The notes under the pieces: model-generated
What the model was told of the DNA's origin: nothing
The model's input: the letters and a program-made list of their open reading frames with translations, nothing else
Database searches by the model: none
From: Candidatus Avelusimicrobium sp.
GTDB taxonomy: Bacteria; Elusimicrobiota; Elusimicrobia; Elusimicrobiales; Elusimicrobiaceae
Length of the DNA stretch: 32,206 nt
Reading direction: 5' to 3'
Assembly (NCBI GenBank): GCA_045588685.1
Contig: JAZNEO010000178.1
Coordinates: 1-32,206, forward strand
In this document: piece after piece, positions 1-10,717 of the stretch
Position numbering within the stretch: the first letter of the stretch is position 1
How the letters are laid out: each line of letters begins with the position of its first letter
Translations under genes and position numbers: made by a program

Positions 1-1
1 C

Positions 2-748
2 AAACAAGTTCGTAATGGTTTTGTGGAACAAACGTTAAATCGGGCCCTTTTATGGCAAGCGCAAACCCCGCAATGTTATCAGGCTAATGTGTTACGCCGT
101 GCTTTGGATAAATTTGGTTATTTGCAGGATGCTACCGATGAGTCTCAGTTGGTGGAGCGCTTGGGTGTGCGGGTACAAATAGAAAAGTCGGATTATCAAA
201 ATTTGAAGATTACTACGCCGGAGGATTTAATTATGGCGGAAGCACTTTTGCAGGCAGGTCTGCAACAGCGTACCGGATTTGGTTTTGATTTACACCGGAT
301 GCAGGCCGGACGAAAATTTATAGTAGGCGGGGTAGAAATTCCGCACACGAAAGGACTGCTGGGTCATAGTGATGCAGATGTGGTACTGCATGCAATTTGC
401 GATGCTATTTTAGGAGCGTTATGCGAAGGAGAAATCGGTCTTTTATTCCCGCCGACGGATCCGACCATTAAAGATATAGATAGTAAAAAAATTGCCGCGC
501 GCGTATTGGAAATAGTGGAAGAAAAAGGAGCGCAGTTGGTGCATATTGATGCCACACTAATTACGCAAGAACCTAAAATCAGTCCGCATTACGCGGCGGT
601 GCGCGCCAGTTTGGCCCGTATTTTTAAGTTAGAAGAGAAAAATGTAAGTTTTAAATCTAAAAGCCACGAGCAAGTAGGCGAAATCGGCCGCGGGGAAGCG
701 GCCATGTGCCAAGCGGTGGCTACGGTACTTGTAGGAGAGAAAAAATGA
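2..748 (+). CDS. ispDF: Bifunctional IspD/IspF (MEP cytidylyltransferase C-terminus fused to MECDP synthase), 5'-truncated by window edge
   Basis: Frame is open from the window start. IspD motifs AQTPQ, TDESQLVE and NLKITTPEDL are followed by IspF motifs GFGFDLH and GHSDADVVLHAICDAILGA. Confidence 0.93.
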   Translation, partial: KQVRNGFVEQTLNRALLWQAQTPQCYQANVLRRALDKFGYLQDATDESQLVERLGVRVQIEKSDYQNLKITTPEDLIMAEALLQAGLQQRTGFGFDLHRMQAGRKFIVGGVEIPHTKGLLGHSDADVVLHAICDAILGALCEGEIGLLFPPTDPTIKDIDSKKIAARVLEIVEEKGAQLVHIDATLITQEPKISPHYAAVRASLARIFKLEEKNVSFKSKSHEQVGEIGRGEAAMCQAVATVLVGEKK

Positions 749-1344
749 ATAAATTAGGGGTAATAGGAATATGCCTTTTACTGTTAGGAGCTTGTGCGGA
801 AGCCAATCATCAGAAGACCCGTCAAAAAATGTCGGGGATTGATTATTCGGCTTATACGCGGCCGACAGTACATTCAACGGATGATTATACCAGCCATTTG
901 CCGCAACCCAGCATCTTGGACGAACAGGCTTTTTCAACCACTTCTCCCACGGAGCAAGAAGAATATACCCCTTCCGCAGACGAAGATTTTACATCTGAAG
1001 AAATTGCTTCCTCTTATGGGCGTTATACGGACGTGACCGTGGTGGCAGCTGTGAAACGTATTAAACTCGGTGCGCAGGCAAATGCTAAAAATATGGCTTT
1101 ATTTCAACAAGCACTAACAGCCGGTTATAAAAAGGCTTTACGTACCTATCGGCCCAGCGGTTTTACTTATTCTATGTCTAGTGTGGGGGCAGTGAACCCG
1201 CTTTCAGACGTAGAAGTGAATTGTGTTTTAGGGGAGCAGGCCGCCAATGAAATCGGTCAACAGACCTGCAACTTGTTCTTCAAAACGGTTGTAGAACAAT
1301 ATAATACTTTACTCAAAGAGGCCCAAGCCAATGCAGCTTTATAA
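745..1344 (+). CDS. Putative lipoprotein of unknown function
   Basis: ATG at 745 overlaps the ispDF stop, with AGGAG upstream. MNKLGVIGICLLLLGAC is a signal peptide with lipobox LGAC, followed by a Ser/Thr/acidic linker. Confidence 0.75.
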   Translation: MNKLGVIGICLLLLGACAEANHQKTRQKMSGIDYSAYTRPTVHSTDDYTSHLPQPSILDEQAFSTTSPTEQEEYTPSADEDFTSEEIASSYGRYTDVTVVAAVKRIKLGAQANAKNMALFQQALTAGYKKALRTYRPSGFTYSMSSVGAVNPLSDVEVNCVLGEQAANEIGQQTCNLFFKTVVEQYNTLLKEAQANAAL

Positions 1345-2725
1345 TACCGAAACGAAAACTAAAGAACTGTTTAAGCCGTTACATGAACAACAGGTAACTA
1401 TGTATTGCTGTGGACCGACGGTATATAATTACGCGCACATCGGTAATATGCGCACTTATATTTTTGAAGATTTATTGGCCCGCACATTGCGCTTGACCTG
1501 GCCGCTCAAACACGTGATGAACGTTACCGATGTGGGGCACTTGGTGTCTGATGCCGATGACGGCGAGGATAAAATGGAAGTGGGCGCCGCGCGCGAAGGA
1601 AAAAGTGCGTGGGATATTGCCAAGTTTTACGAAGAGAAATTTTTTGCCGATTATGATGCTCTGCATTGCTCACGGCCAACCGTTATCAGCCGTGCAACAG
1701 CGCATATACCGGAAATGATTGCGCTTGTGAAAACGTTAGAAGAAAAGGGATATACCTATCGTACGTCTGACGGTATTTACTATGATACCTCTAAATTTCC
1801 GCGCTACGATGCACTGGTCGGGCGTAGCCGTTTGGAAGGACTTAAAGGCGGCGCGCGCGTGGAAATGAGCGAAGAAAAGAAAAACCCAACCGATTTTGCT
1901 TTGTGGAAATTTTCACCCGTTGATAAAAAGCGTCAAATGGAATGGGACAGCCCGTGGGGAGTAGGTTTTCCGGGGTGGCACATTGAATGCTCTGCCATGG
2001 CGATGAAATACTTGGGTAACACCTTGGATATTCATTGCGGCGGTATTGACCATGTATCAGTACATCACACCAATGAGATTGCTCAAAGTGAAGCCGCTAC
2101 CGGCCAACCGTACGTACGTTTTTGGGTGCATGGCGAATTTCTGGTACTACACGCAGGCAAAATGTCTAAATCCGGCGGTACTTTTGTGACGCTTCAAACC
2201 TTGCGCGACAAAGGGTATGATCCGCTAGACTATCGGTATTTGTGTTTGACGGCGCATTACCGCACGCAACTCGAATTTACCTATGAAAGTTTGGACAGTG
2301 CGCGCAAAAGCCTGCAAACGTTACGCAAAGAAACCGCGGCTTTGCTTTCAACAGTCGCTGGCCAACCGATTACTGAAAAGTGCGCAGTTGCCAAGCAAAA
2401 ATTTCAAGCTGCAATGGAAGACGATATCAATGCACCCAAGGCACTGGCAGTGGTGTGGGAAACTTTGCGCGGGTCAGAACTCAATGCGGCGGAAAAAGTG
2501 GAGTTTTTGGAATTTGCCGATAGCATTTTGGCTCTAGACTTATTCCGCTCGCCGGAAGAAAAAACCGAAAAATTGCCGGCGGAAGCGGAGGCTTTACTCG
2601 ACCAACGGGCCGAAGCGCGCAAAGCCAAAGATTATAAAAAATCCGATGAATTGCGCGACAAACTGGCCGCGCTTGGCTATCGTGTCAAAGATACACCGCA
2701 AGGCCAACAAGTAGAAAGAATCTAA
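1331..2725 (+). CDS. cysS: Cysteine--tRNA ligase
   Basis: CGPTVYNYAHIGN (HIGH), PGWHIECSAM, DIHCGGIDH, KMSKS, and C-terminal RAEARKAKDYKKSDELRD. Confidence 0.98.
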   Translation: MQLYNTETKTKELFKPLHEQQVTMYCCGPTVYNYAHIGNMRTYIFEDLLARTLRLTWPLKHVMNVTDVGHLVSDADDGEDKMEVGAAREGKSAWDIAKFYEEKFFADYDALHCSRPTVISRATAHIPEMIALVKTLEEKGYTYRTSDGIYYDTSKFPRYDALVGRSRLEGLKGGARVEMSEEKKNPTDFALWKFSPVDKKRQMEWDSPWGVGFPGWHIECSAMAMKYLGNTLDIHCGGIDHVSVHHTNEIAQSEAATGQPYVRFWVHGEFLVLHAGKMSKSGGTFVTLQTLRDKGYDPLDYRYLCLTAHYRTQLEFTYESLDSARKSLQTLRKETAALLSTVAGQPITEKCAVAKQKFQAAMEDDINAPKALAVVWETLRGSELNAAEKVEFLEFADSILALDLFRSPEEKTEKLPAEAEALLDQRAEARKAKDYKKSDELRDKLAALGYRVKDTPQGQQVERI

Positions 2726-2736
2726 AATGATACCTT

Positions 2737-2765
2737 AAAACCCCTGCACTAATGCGGGGGTTTTT
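2737..2765. terminator. Bidirectional intrinsic terminator between convergent cysS and lepA
   Basis: aaaa-cccctgca-ctaa-tgcggggg-ttttt. Confidence 0.85.
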
Positions 2766-4593
2766 ATTCTTCATCAATCTTTAGCATGGCGACGAAGGCT
2801 TCTTGCGGGATGTTCAAACTGCCGATAGATTTCATACGCTTTTTGCCTTCTTTTTGTTTTTCCAGCAGTTTGCGTTTGCGCGTAATGTCGCCGCCGTAAC
2901 ATTTGGCAATAACGTCTTTGCGATACGCAGGTATCGTTTCGCGCGCAATGACTTTTCCGTTAATAGCCGCTTGTACCGCTACTTCAAATTGTTGGCGGCC
3001 GATTAATTCTTTTAACTTGGCGCACAGCGCGCGGCCTTGGGTTTGTGCTTTGTCTTTGTGTACTACCACAGACAAGGCGTCCACCGGCGTTCCATGTAGC
3101 AAAATTCCCATCAGCACTACATCAGCACTTCTAAAGCCTGCCACTTCATAATCAAAGGACGCGTACCCTTTAGAAACGGATTTGAGTTTATTGTAAAAAT
3201 CAATGACCATTTCACCCATCGGCATTTCGTATTTGATAATCACGCGCTGATTGGATAAATGGTCCATATTCATAAAGGTACCGCGTTTTTCTTTGAGTAG
3301 CGTCATCACGCCGTCCATAAATTCTACGGGCGTTACAATGGTAATGTGAATGACCGGCTCTTTGATATCAATAATGTCGCCGTGCGGCGGGAAATTGGCC
3401 GGGTTATCAATAATTTTATAGCCTGGATCATCGGGCGCATCGGGCAAGGCCGCCAGTTCCTGCGGGTGATTTTTGCGCGGGGTAAATTTAACGTGATATA
3501 CCACGTTGGGCGCGGTAGCAATTAGCGATAAATTGAACTCACGTTCTAACCGCTCTTTGACGATTTCAATATGCAAAATGCCCATAAATCCTAAGCGAAA
3601 GCCAAAGCCCAAGGCTTTAGAAGTTTCACTTTGGTAATGGAAAGAAGAATCAGATAAATTTAATTTTTCCAGTGCAGTGCGTAGTAGCGGAAAATCGGTC
3701 GTTTCCACCGGAAAAATACTGGCAAACACGACGGGTTTGGCGTCTGCATAACCGGGCAATGGCGTTTGTGCGGGGCGGTCGGCTAAAGTGACTGTATCGC
3801 CCACTTTGACTTGATGAATATCTTTAATGCCCGCGACCAAATATCCTACTTCCCCGGCACTTAAAGAGGGAGCTTTGTGCAGTTGCTTAGGCGTCATAAA
3901 ACCGACTTCTTCCACCTTGTAACTAGCTCCCGTGGCCATAAAACGAATGGTTTGACCGGCCTTGACGTTGCCGTCCACCATACGCACATACATAATCACG
4001 CCGCGGAATGGATCGTAAAAGGAATCAAAAATTAATGCACGCAGCGGCGCTTGTACGTCGCCTTGCGGGGCAGGTATATCTTGTATGATGCGGTCCAGTA
4101 AATGTTCAATTCCTGCGCCGGTTTTGGCACTGACGCGCTCGGCCTCAATGGGCTCTCTTAAAATATCCCATAATTGTTCTTCAGAGGCGTCAGCGTCGGA
4201 TTGGGACAGGTCCACCTTATTCATTACAGGAATAATTTTTAGACCCAAACTTTGCGCCAAATGTGCGTGTGCCACGGTCTGCGCTTCCACGCCTTGGGAA
4301 GCATCTACCAAGAGCAGCACGCCTTCGCACGCGCGCAAAGAGCGCGCCACTTCATAGGAAAAGTCCACGTGTCCCGGAGTGTCAATTAAATTTAAAATAT
4401 AGTCCTTGTATTGAATGCGAACGGCTTTTGCTTTAATGGTAATTCCGCGCTCCCGCTCTAGATCCATTCCGTCTAAGAGTTGCGCTTGCATTTTACGTTT
4501 AGGCACCGTGCCGGTATCTTCTAAAATACGGTCCGAGAGGGTGGTTTTACCATGGTCAATATGGGCTACAATAGAAAAATTACGAATCTTCAT
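2764..4593 (-). CDS. lepA: Elongation factor 4 (LepA)
   Basis: IRNFSIVAHIDHGKTTLSDR, ERERGITIK, DTPGHVDF, GFRLGFMGILH, KCYGGDITRKRKLLEKQKEGKKRMK. Confidence 0.98.
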   Translation of the reverse strand: MKIRNFSIVAHIDHGKTTLSDRILEDTGTVPKRKMQAQLLDGMDLERERGITIKAKAVRIQYKDYILNLIDTPGHVDFSYEVARSLRACEGVLLLVDASQGVEAQTVAHAHLAQSLGLKIIPVMNKVDLSQSDADASEEQLWDILREPIEAERVSAKTGAGIEHLLDRIIQDIPAPQGDVQAPLRALIFDSFYDPFRGVIMYVRMVDGNVKAGQTIRFMATGASYKVEEVGFMTPKQLHKAPSLSAGEVGYLVAGIKDIHQVKVGDTVTLADRPAQTPLPGYADAKPVVFASIFPVETTDFPLLRTALEKLNLSDSSFHYQSETSKALGFGFRLGFMGILHIEIVKERLEREFNLSLIATAPNVVYHVKFTPRKNHPQELAALPDAPDDPGYKIIDNPANFPPHGDIIDIKEPVIHITIVTPVEFMDGVMTLLKEKRGTFMNMDHLSNQRVIIKYEMPMGEMVIDFYNKLKSVSKGYASFDYEVAGFRSADVVLMGILLHGTPVDALSVVVHKDKAQTQGRALCAKLKELIGRQQFEVAVQAAINGKVIARETIPAYRKDVIAKCYGGDITRKRKLLEKQKEGKKRMKSIGSLNIPQEAFVAMLKIDEE

Positions 4594-6319
4594 CTTGGTT
4601 TGGCTCGATTAATTTGCGAATGTCTTCGCTACTTCCGGCTAACAAGGCCGCTTGGGCTCTATCAGCACAGGTTTCAAAATTCAAATTGCGTATCCGGTTT
4701 TTTACGCGCAGGAACATACGCGGTGCCACAGATAATATGTCTGTTCCCAATCCCAGTAACATCGGAATCATCTTTTCATCCGAGGCCATTTCTCCGCAAA
4801 TGCTGACGGTTTTGCCCCGTTGATGGGCGGTTTGTATAATCTGATGAATGGTGCGCAAAACGGCCGGATGGCACGGGTCATACATGTGTGCCACTTCGGG
4901 GTTTACGCGGTCCACGGCGATAAGATATTGTATTAAATCATTGGTGCCGATGGAAAGGAAGTCCATTTCCGAAATCATACCTTCCAAGGCGATAGCCGCA
5001 GAGGGCACCTCTATCATAGCACCCAAGGCAATTTTATTAACGGGTTTTAGTCCTTCTTGCTCAAGTTCTGCCAAGACTTCATTCAAAGCAGTGCGTACGT
5101 GGCGCATTTCTTCTACTGAGGAAACCATAGGTACCATGATTTTAATTTGGGCAGGCACTTCGCACGCGGTACGAACAATGGCGCGCAGTTGGGTGCGCAT
5201 TAAATCCGGATTTTTCAGAAATAAGCGAATGCCGCGACATCCCATAAAAGGATTGTGATCTTTATCAAACTCGTCCAACGGAAAATCCGGCATCTTATCG
5301 GCACCTAAATCCGCCAGCCGAATGGTCACCGGACGCATGTCGAATTTTTTAGCGGTAGATAGGTAAACTTGATACTGCTCCTGTTCCGTGGGCGGTTTGG
5401 GCGTGCCCATATATAAAAATTCCGTCCGCAACAGCCCTAGTCCGTCCGTAATAAGAGATTTATTTTCTTTAGTATCGGTGCGCGGGTCGAAGTTTACCAT
5501 CAGTTGAAAATTTTTACCGTCTGCGGTAATTGTGGGTAAATGATTAATCGTTTTCAGTAAGGATTCTGCTTTTTTTAAGTCCCGCTGGATTTTTTTATAA
5601 CTGGCCAAAGTATATTTATCCGGATTAATAATCAGCAGGCCGTTTTCACCGTCTGCAATAACGGTATCTCCGTTTTTGACCTGGCGCGCGGCATTGGACA
5701 GTCCTACCACCGCTGAAATGCGCAGACTTTGGGCCAAAATAGCCGTGTGACTGGTTTTCCCGCCTTGATCGGTACAGAAGGCTATAATGTTATACTTTTG
5801 CAAATTTAAGGCATCGGAGGGAAACAAATTGTGCGCAATTAATATAGACGGACGGCGAATAGCGGTCCAAAAAGAGTTGCGGTCGCCGGCCAAATGGGTT
5901 ACAATACGTTTGCCTACGTCGAAAATATCGTTACGGCGTTCTCGGAAAAAGTTATCTTGTATTTTTTCAAAGGAAGAGGCTAATTCTTTTAGCGTTAAAA
6001 AAATGGCCGCTTGGGCAGACATATGCTCTTGTTTTATTTTGGCCAAAGTGGCGTCTTTAAGCATAGGGTCTTGCAAAATCATTTTGTGCATGGACATGAG
6101 GTGAGCATATTCCGGTCCGACGGTTTCACGCAATTGTTGTTCACTCACATCCAAGTCTTGCAAGGTTTTTTCCAGCGCTTGTTGAAATTTAACGGTTTCG
6201 GCCTTGACTTGAGAAGCTTCTACATATTGGTCTGAAACGGCAAAATCTGCGGTCGGTAGTAAAACCGCTGGTCCAATGGCTACTCCCGGGCTGGCAGCAA
6301 TGCCTTTCATCACAAACAT
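4580..6319 (-). CDS. ptsI: PTS enzyme I (PEP-protein phosphotransferase)
   Basis: GIAASPGVAIG, phospho-His motif GGKTSHTAI, GLLRTEFLY, NPFMGCRGIR, SIGTNDLIQY, ICGEMA. Confidence 0.97.
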   Translation of the reverse strand: MFVMKGIAASPGVAIGPAVLLPTADFAVSDQYVEASQVKAETVKFQQALEKTLQDLDVSEQQLRETVGPEYAHLMSMHKMILQDPMLKDATLAKIKQEHMSAQAAIFLTLKELASSFEKIQDNFFRERRNDIFDVGKRIVTHLAGDRNSFWTAIRRPSILIAHNLFPSDALNLQKYNIIAFCTDQGGKTSHTAILAQSLRISAVVGLSNAARQVKNGDTVIADGENGLLIINPDKYTLASYKKIQRDLKKAESLLKTINHLPTITADGKNFQLMVNFDPRTDTKENKSLITDGLGLLRTEFLYMGTPKPPTEQEQYQVYLSTAKKFDMRPVTIRLADLGADKMPDFPLDEFDKDHNPFMGCRGIRLFLKNPDLMRTQLRAIVRTACEVPAQIKIMVPMVSSVEEMRHVRTALNEVLAELEQEGLKPVNKIALGAMIEVPSAAIALEGMISEMDFLSIGTNDLIQYLIAVDRVNPEVAHMYDPCHPAVLRTIHQIIQTAHQRGKTVSICGEMASDEKMIPMLLGLGTDILSVAPRMFLRVKNRIRNLNFETCADRAQAALLAGSSEDIRKLIEPNQDEDS

Positions 6320-6321
6320 GG

Positions 6322-6591
6322 TTAAAACTCCTCGTTAAATTTGTTGGCAAACAAAGCCGCAATCGCTTGGGCGGCTTGTTTTTCGTCTGCGCCCTCACAT
6401 TGCAAGTGTAAAACAGAGCCGTATTCGGCCGCCAGCATTAATACACCCATAATGCTTTTGGCATTGACCTCTACGGTATCTTTTTTAATTTTAATTTCAC
6501 AGTCAAAGTCAGACGCTGTCTGTACCAGCATAGCGGCCGGGCGGGCATGTAACCCTAAACGATTTGTAATTTGAATATCTTGTGTAATCAC
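6322..6591 (-). CDS. ptsH: Phosphocarrier protein HPr
   Basis: GLHARPAA (His15) and NAKSIMG (Ser46). Confidence 0.97.
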   Translation of the reverse strand: MITQDIQITNRLGLHARPAAMLVQTASDFDCEIKIKKDTVEVNAKSIMGVLMLAAEYGSVLHLQCEGADEKQAAQAIAALFANKFNEEF

Positions 6592-6601
6592 ACGTTCCCC
6601 T

Positions 6602-7426
6602 TTATAATAGACATACTAAATTGAAAATTACTACGCTCGTTAAGTATAAGTATACATTGGGGATGCGCAAACGACGCGTAATAAATGTAATAATGACAAA
6701 AGCCAGTACTAAAATTGCTTTGGCTATACTATGAACATTGGTCACTAAATCTGCTTGTTTGAAATAATGATATACTCCCAGCAACAGGAGTAGTACCGCC
6801 ACATATAATCCCAAGCGTTTGGCCTGATAAATGGTGCGGTTCCAGTCGAAACGGGTTAATCCGAAGCAAGAAGAATTATCCGAAGAATATCCCAGCTCTA
6901 TTCCCTGCCAACGCACCCATTGTGCTACTATATTGTAAATGAAAAATGCTACCAAACTGCCGGACAGAATTACCGTAGTGGAGGGGGCGTTTAGATAATC
7001 CGTTTCCAAAAAATCTACTCCGGATAACATCCAAACAAACAAGGCAATGAGCAAGGTAAGCGGTTTTAAAGTACCCCAGAAAAGCCGGTCTCCAATAGAG
7101 GCGGCCGTAATGGAAAGCCCCCGCCGGATTCCTTGCCATTCTAATACTTGTTCTTTATAATCGGTCAGAGAGTGGGCTTGAATGATTTGTTCTTCTTGTT
7201 TGGCCAGTGCGCCGAAACAAAACGAAGCCATTACCGGCTGTGTATTGAAATTATCTAAATAGCGTTGCAATACGGTGGGTAACGATTCGGCATCTTTGGC
7301 ATACAATCGGCGTAATACGGGCATCATGACAAAAGCAAAACCCAAGTTTTGATACTTGGCATAATTCCAGCCGGTTTGTAAGAAAAAAGAGCGAAAAAAT
7401 AAATTCAGTTTCAGTTGAAAATCCAT
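6602..7426 (-). CDS. PTS mannose/fructose/sorbose family IID component
   Basis: WNYAKYQNLGF, NFNTQP and SIGDRLFWGTLKP resemble ManZ-family motifs; hydrophobic C-terminus; operon position. Confidence 0.9.
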   Translation of the reverse strand: MDFQLKLNLFFRSFFLQTGWNYAKYQNLGFAFVMMPVLRRLYAKDAESLPTVLQRYLDNFNTQPVMASFCFGALAKQEEQIIQAHSLTDYKEQVLEWQGIRRGLSITAASIGDRLFWGTLKPLTLLIALFVWMLSGVDFLETDYLNAPSTTVILSGSLVAFFIYNIVAQWVRWQGIELGYSSDNSSCFGLTRFDWNRTIYQAKRLGLYVAVLLLLLGVYHYFKQADLVTNVHSIAKAILVLAFVIITFITRRLRIPNVYLYLTSVVIFNLVCLL

Positions 7427-7428
7427 AG

Positions 7429-8037
7429 TTACCTCGCCTTAAACCGAAACGCCGGTATCAATGTAGCTAGCCCAATCCAGGGTACAGCTGTGTATGCTAA
7501 ATGAAATGCAAAATGGATTTTGGGAGTTAAATAGGGAAACAACCAAAACAGCGTTTGAGAGGTTGCCCAAATGGATACCGACAGAAAGATGAAAGTCATG
7601 GAGAAGGATAATAACAATGCACCGGCAATAGTACGTTTCAAATCACTGGGGTGGCGGGTAATCTTTTTTTCCACAAACACCATCCACGTGACGCGGCTTT
7701 TGCGCAACAGTGCATCTAAAAAGGAATATAAGATGGCGGCCAGTACTCCCACAAAAAAGCTAAAGTACAGCTCAATTCCCATGGCATGCAGCAAAAGAGA
7801 AATGGTGATCAACACAACACCGCTGGGTGGGATAACGCCTCCAAGGGGAGAAATGTCGCAAAATAACAGTTCTGCGAAAATGCCCACCTGCAAGCCTGCC
7901 ATGGCATCTCCGGTGCATAATCCAAAAAGCGGTCCGGCTATAATGGGACGGGATAGCAATGTCTGAAAAGCATACGTAGTATCCAGCTCCAGTAGCGAGG
8001 CCAACAGGCATAGTAAAATAGCGGTGGCATGAGTCAT
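7429..8037 (-). CDS. PTS mannose-family IIC component (short, 202 aa)
   Basis: LSRPIIAGPLFGLCTGDAMAGLQVGIFAELL resembles the ManY N-terminus; multiple transmembrane segments. Confidence 0.85.
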   Translation of the reverse strand: MTHATAILLCLLASLLELDTTYAFQTLLSRPIIAGPLFGLCTGDAMAGLQVGIFAELLFCDISPLGGVIPPSGVVLITISLLLHAMGIELYFSFFVGVLAAILYSFLDALLRKSRVTWMVFVEKKITRHPSDLKRTIAGALLLSFSMTFIFLSVSIWATSQTLFWLFPYLTPKIHFAFHLAYTAVPWIGLATLIPAFRFKAR

Positions 8038-8501
8038 TGTAAAATCTCTTTTAAGGAAATAGATTTAGAAGTGGGGACCGCTCTTGTTTCTACTTCTATT
8101 CCCAAATCGTGCAATATTTTTAACGTTCGTTTATCCTGTTCATCCAAAAATACATTTTCGGCTAATTTTTGAGCATTGGGCTTAAAATGCATACCACCGA
8201 TATTGACGGATTTAATTTGCAAACCGTCTTCTAACAAAGGTTGCAGATCCTGTAATGATTCCATGAGCAGCAAGGTCCGTTTGGGTGACTGCGTCATATA
8301 AGCTACGCAATGCTCCGGGGATAAAACGGTTAAATCATATTCAAACGGTAACGATAGCCGCAACAAGTTTTTGTTAATATGTTGGGCTTGCATTTTGGAG
8401 CACGGAATCACCACTTCATCAATGTTGAGCTCCGGCAGCCACGCTTGGACGATTTGTCCGTGAATAAGGCGGTCGTCCACGCGGGCAAATAAGATGGCCA
8501 T
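8034..8501 (-). CDS. PTS mannose-family IIB component
   Basis: RVDDRLIHGQ (phospho-His) and VNIGGM. Confidence 0.95.
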   Translation of the reverse strand: MAILFARVDDRLIHGQIVQAWLPELNIDEVVIPCSKMQAQHINKNLLRLSLPFEYDLTVLSPEHCVAYMTQSPKRTLLLMESLQDLQPLLEDGLQIKSVNIGGMHFKPNAQKLAENVFLDEQDKRTLKILHDLGIEVETRAVPTSKSISLKEILQ

Positions 8502-8502
8502 A

Positions 8503-8907
8503 TTAAAATCCTTTCAGTAACAATTCCGTGGCATTAATGACGGCTCGTTTCCCGTCTGATTCAATTTTTTCAGCCAGTTCTTTGTCATTTAATTTTTTAC
8601 GACTGTTCAAAGCGGTCAGCAACATACTCAAGTTAAGCCCTGTAATCACGTGACAGTGAGGATTATCTTGTCCGGCTTTGAGCGCGATATTGGTGGCACT
8701 GCCTCCGAAAATATCGGTCAGTATAATCACTCCCTGTTCGGCTTGAGCGATCATAGTTTTAAGTTCTTGGGCGCCTTGCTCAATGGAACTGGAAGTGGTG
8801 ACCGATAAGGTTTGCACCTCTTCAGTTTGCTTGCCCAAAATTTGGGCGGCGGTATTTAACATTTCAGCGGCCAAATTGCCGTGGGTGACTAAAATTAGTT
8901 TTACCAT
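8503..8907 (-). CDS. PTS mannose-family IIA component
   Basis: Start reassigned to ATG 8907 (MVKLILVTHG); LTDIFGGSATN and VITGLNLSML. Confidence 0.93.
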   Translation of the reverse strand: MVKLILVTHGNLAAEMLNTAAQILGKQTEEVQTLSVTTSSSIEQGAQELKTMIAQAEQGVIILTDIFGGSATNIALKAGQDNPHCHVITGLNLSMLLTALNSRKKLNDKELAEKIESDGKRAVINATELLLKGF

Positions 8908-8909
8908 AG

Positions 8910-9764
8910 TTAAATCTCTATATCCCTGTGAAATTCCGAAGCACTTAAACCTTGCTTGCGCAATGTTTCGGCCAGTTGGTGCGCCATAAAAACACTGCGG
9001 TGTTTGCCACCGGTACAACCCATGGCAATCGTTAAATAACTTTTACCTTCTTTAATGTATTGCGGAATTAAGTATTTAATCAAATCGGCAAATTTATCGG
9101 CAAATTCTTTTGTTTGTTGAAACGATAAAATATAGTCCTGTACGGCTTTGTCCAGTCCGGTCTTGTTTTTCAACTCCTTCACATAATATGGATTGGGTAA
9201 AAACCGCACATCCATTACTAAATCCGTATCCTTGGGAATGCCGTTTTTAAATCCAAAAGATACCACCGAAATCTGCATTTCGCCTTCCTTTTTTAATTCT
9301 AACAGGGCAGAAATTTTTTCTTTGAGTTCGCCCAATTTCAAATCGGTTGTGTCGATGACTTTATCGGAAGCGATTTTAATGGGTTTTAGTAAATCATGTT
9401 CATGTGCAATCGCGGCGGCCAATTTTTTATGAATAGGATGTTTATGTTTGGTTTCCGAAAAACGGCGTATCAAACACTCGTCGCTGGCATCTAAGAAAAT
9501 AACATTGACTTCAAAATCTTCTTTGGTTGTTTGCTTGAGTAGGGCGGGCAGTTCTTTTAGCCGTTCTCCTTCCCGCACGTCAATGCCTAAGGCCACGTGT
9601 TGTAAATCGGCATGCTCGATGACATAAGAAGCAAATTGCGGAAACAATGCCAACGGCAAATTGTCCACACAATAAAATCCCAAATCGCCAAATATTTTGA
9701 GAGCTTGGGATTTGCCGGCTCCACTCATACCGGTAATGATAAATAGTTTACGCTTCTGGTGCAT
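8910..9764 (-). CDS. rapZ: RNase adapter RapZ/YvcJ-family P-loop protein
   Basis: [48 protein letters not shown]. Confidence 0.96.
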   Translation of the reverse strand: MHQKRKLFIITGMSGAGKSQALKIFGDLGFYCVDNLPLALFPQFASYVIEHADLQHVALGIDVREGERLKELPALLKQTTKEDFEVNVIFLDASDECLIRRFSETKHKHPIHKKLAAAIAHEHDLLKPIKIASDKVIDTTDLKLGELKEKISALLELKKEGEMQISVVSFGFKNGIPKDTDLVMDVRFLPNPYYVKELKNKTGLDKAVQDYILSFQQTKEFADKFADLIKYLIPQYIKEGKSYLTIAMGCTGGKHRSVFMAHQLAETLRKQGLSASEFHRDIEI

Positions 9765-10707
9765 GGGTCCTCGTTTTCTTTTTCATACGGTTTAGCATTT
9801 TTTGGCTAAACTGTTTGGCCGATAAAATACCTTGGGATTTAAGTTGCTGATTTAATGCCGCCACTTCAATTAAAACAGCTAAGTTGCGCCCCGGTGTAAC
9901 CGGCAATGCCAGCGATGGAATTTCCACTCCTAGCAGCTCAGTGGTGCGTTGTTCAACCCCCAGACGGTCAATGGTTTCGGTGGGGGGGACGAGTTCAATT
10001 TCCATATCGATGGCGCCCTCGTCCTTGGTGGCACCGATACCGAACAGTAAATCTATATCTAAAATCCCCAAGCCCCGCACTTCCATGTAGTGCTTGAGCA
10101 TTTCAGGACAGGAACCAATTAAAAACCGTCCCCATCTTTTCTGCACTTCTACTACGTCATCTGCAATCAAAATATGTCCGCGTTTGATGAGTTCCAAGGC
10201 ACATTCGCTTTTGCCGATGCCGGCTTCCCCGCGCAGTAAAATACCGCTTCCGCTTACGTTTAATAGTACGCCGTGTACGTGGGTAACGGGTGCTAATTTT
10301 TCATCTAGAAAACGACGAATTTCGGCAGCGAAATCAGCCAGATCCAGCGAGGTTTGTAATACAGGCACTTCCGCTTCTAAACAGGCCTTGCGTAAGGCGG
10401 GGGCTGTTTTTAGATTTTCCACCATAATAATGCAAGGCACTTGCCCTTTTCCCAACATATGGGCGATGCTGGTTTGCAAAATTTTAGGTTTCGTTTTGCG
10501 GCAGAAGCCGTATTCTTCCGGACCAAATAATTGAATTGCATTGGGCAAAAAATGATCCATATGTCCGCACAAAGCCAGCCCCGGCCGGTTGATGTTAGGG
10601 GTGGAAATGTTACGGTGAATATAGCGTCTACCACAGACCAGCTCCAGACGAAGACGTTTCATCTGGAGCAAGTCTTTAACGGTTATGGATTTTGTGAATT
10701 TTTGCAC
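9748..10707 (-). CDS. hprK: HPr kinase/phosphorylase
   Basis: [48 protein letters not shown]. Confidence 0.97.
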   Translation of the reverse strand: MQKFTKSITVKDLLQMKRLRLELVCGRRYIHRNISTPNINRPGLALCGHMDHFLPNAIQLFGPEEYGFCRKTKPKILQTSIAHMLGKGQVPCIIMVENLKTAPALRKACLEAEVPVLQTSLDLADFAAEIRRFLDEKLAPVTHVHGVLLNVSGSGILLRGEAGIGKSECALELIKRGHILIADDVVEVQKRWGRFLIGSCPEMLKHYMEVRGLGILDIDLLFGIGATKDEGAIDMEIELVPPTETIDRLGVEQRTTELLGVEIPSLALPVTPGRNLAVLIEVAALNQQLKSQGILSAKQFSQKMLNRMKKKTRTHAPEA

Positions 10708-10717
10708 CGCTTCCTTC

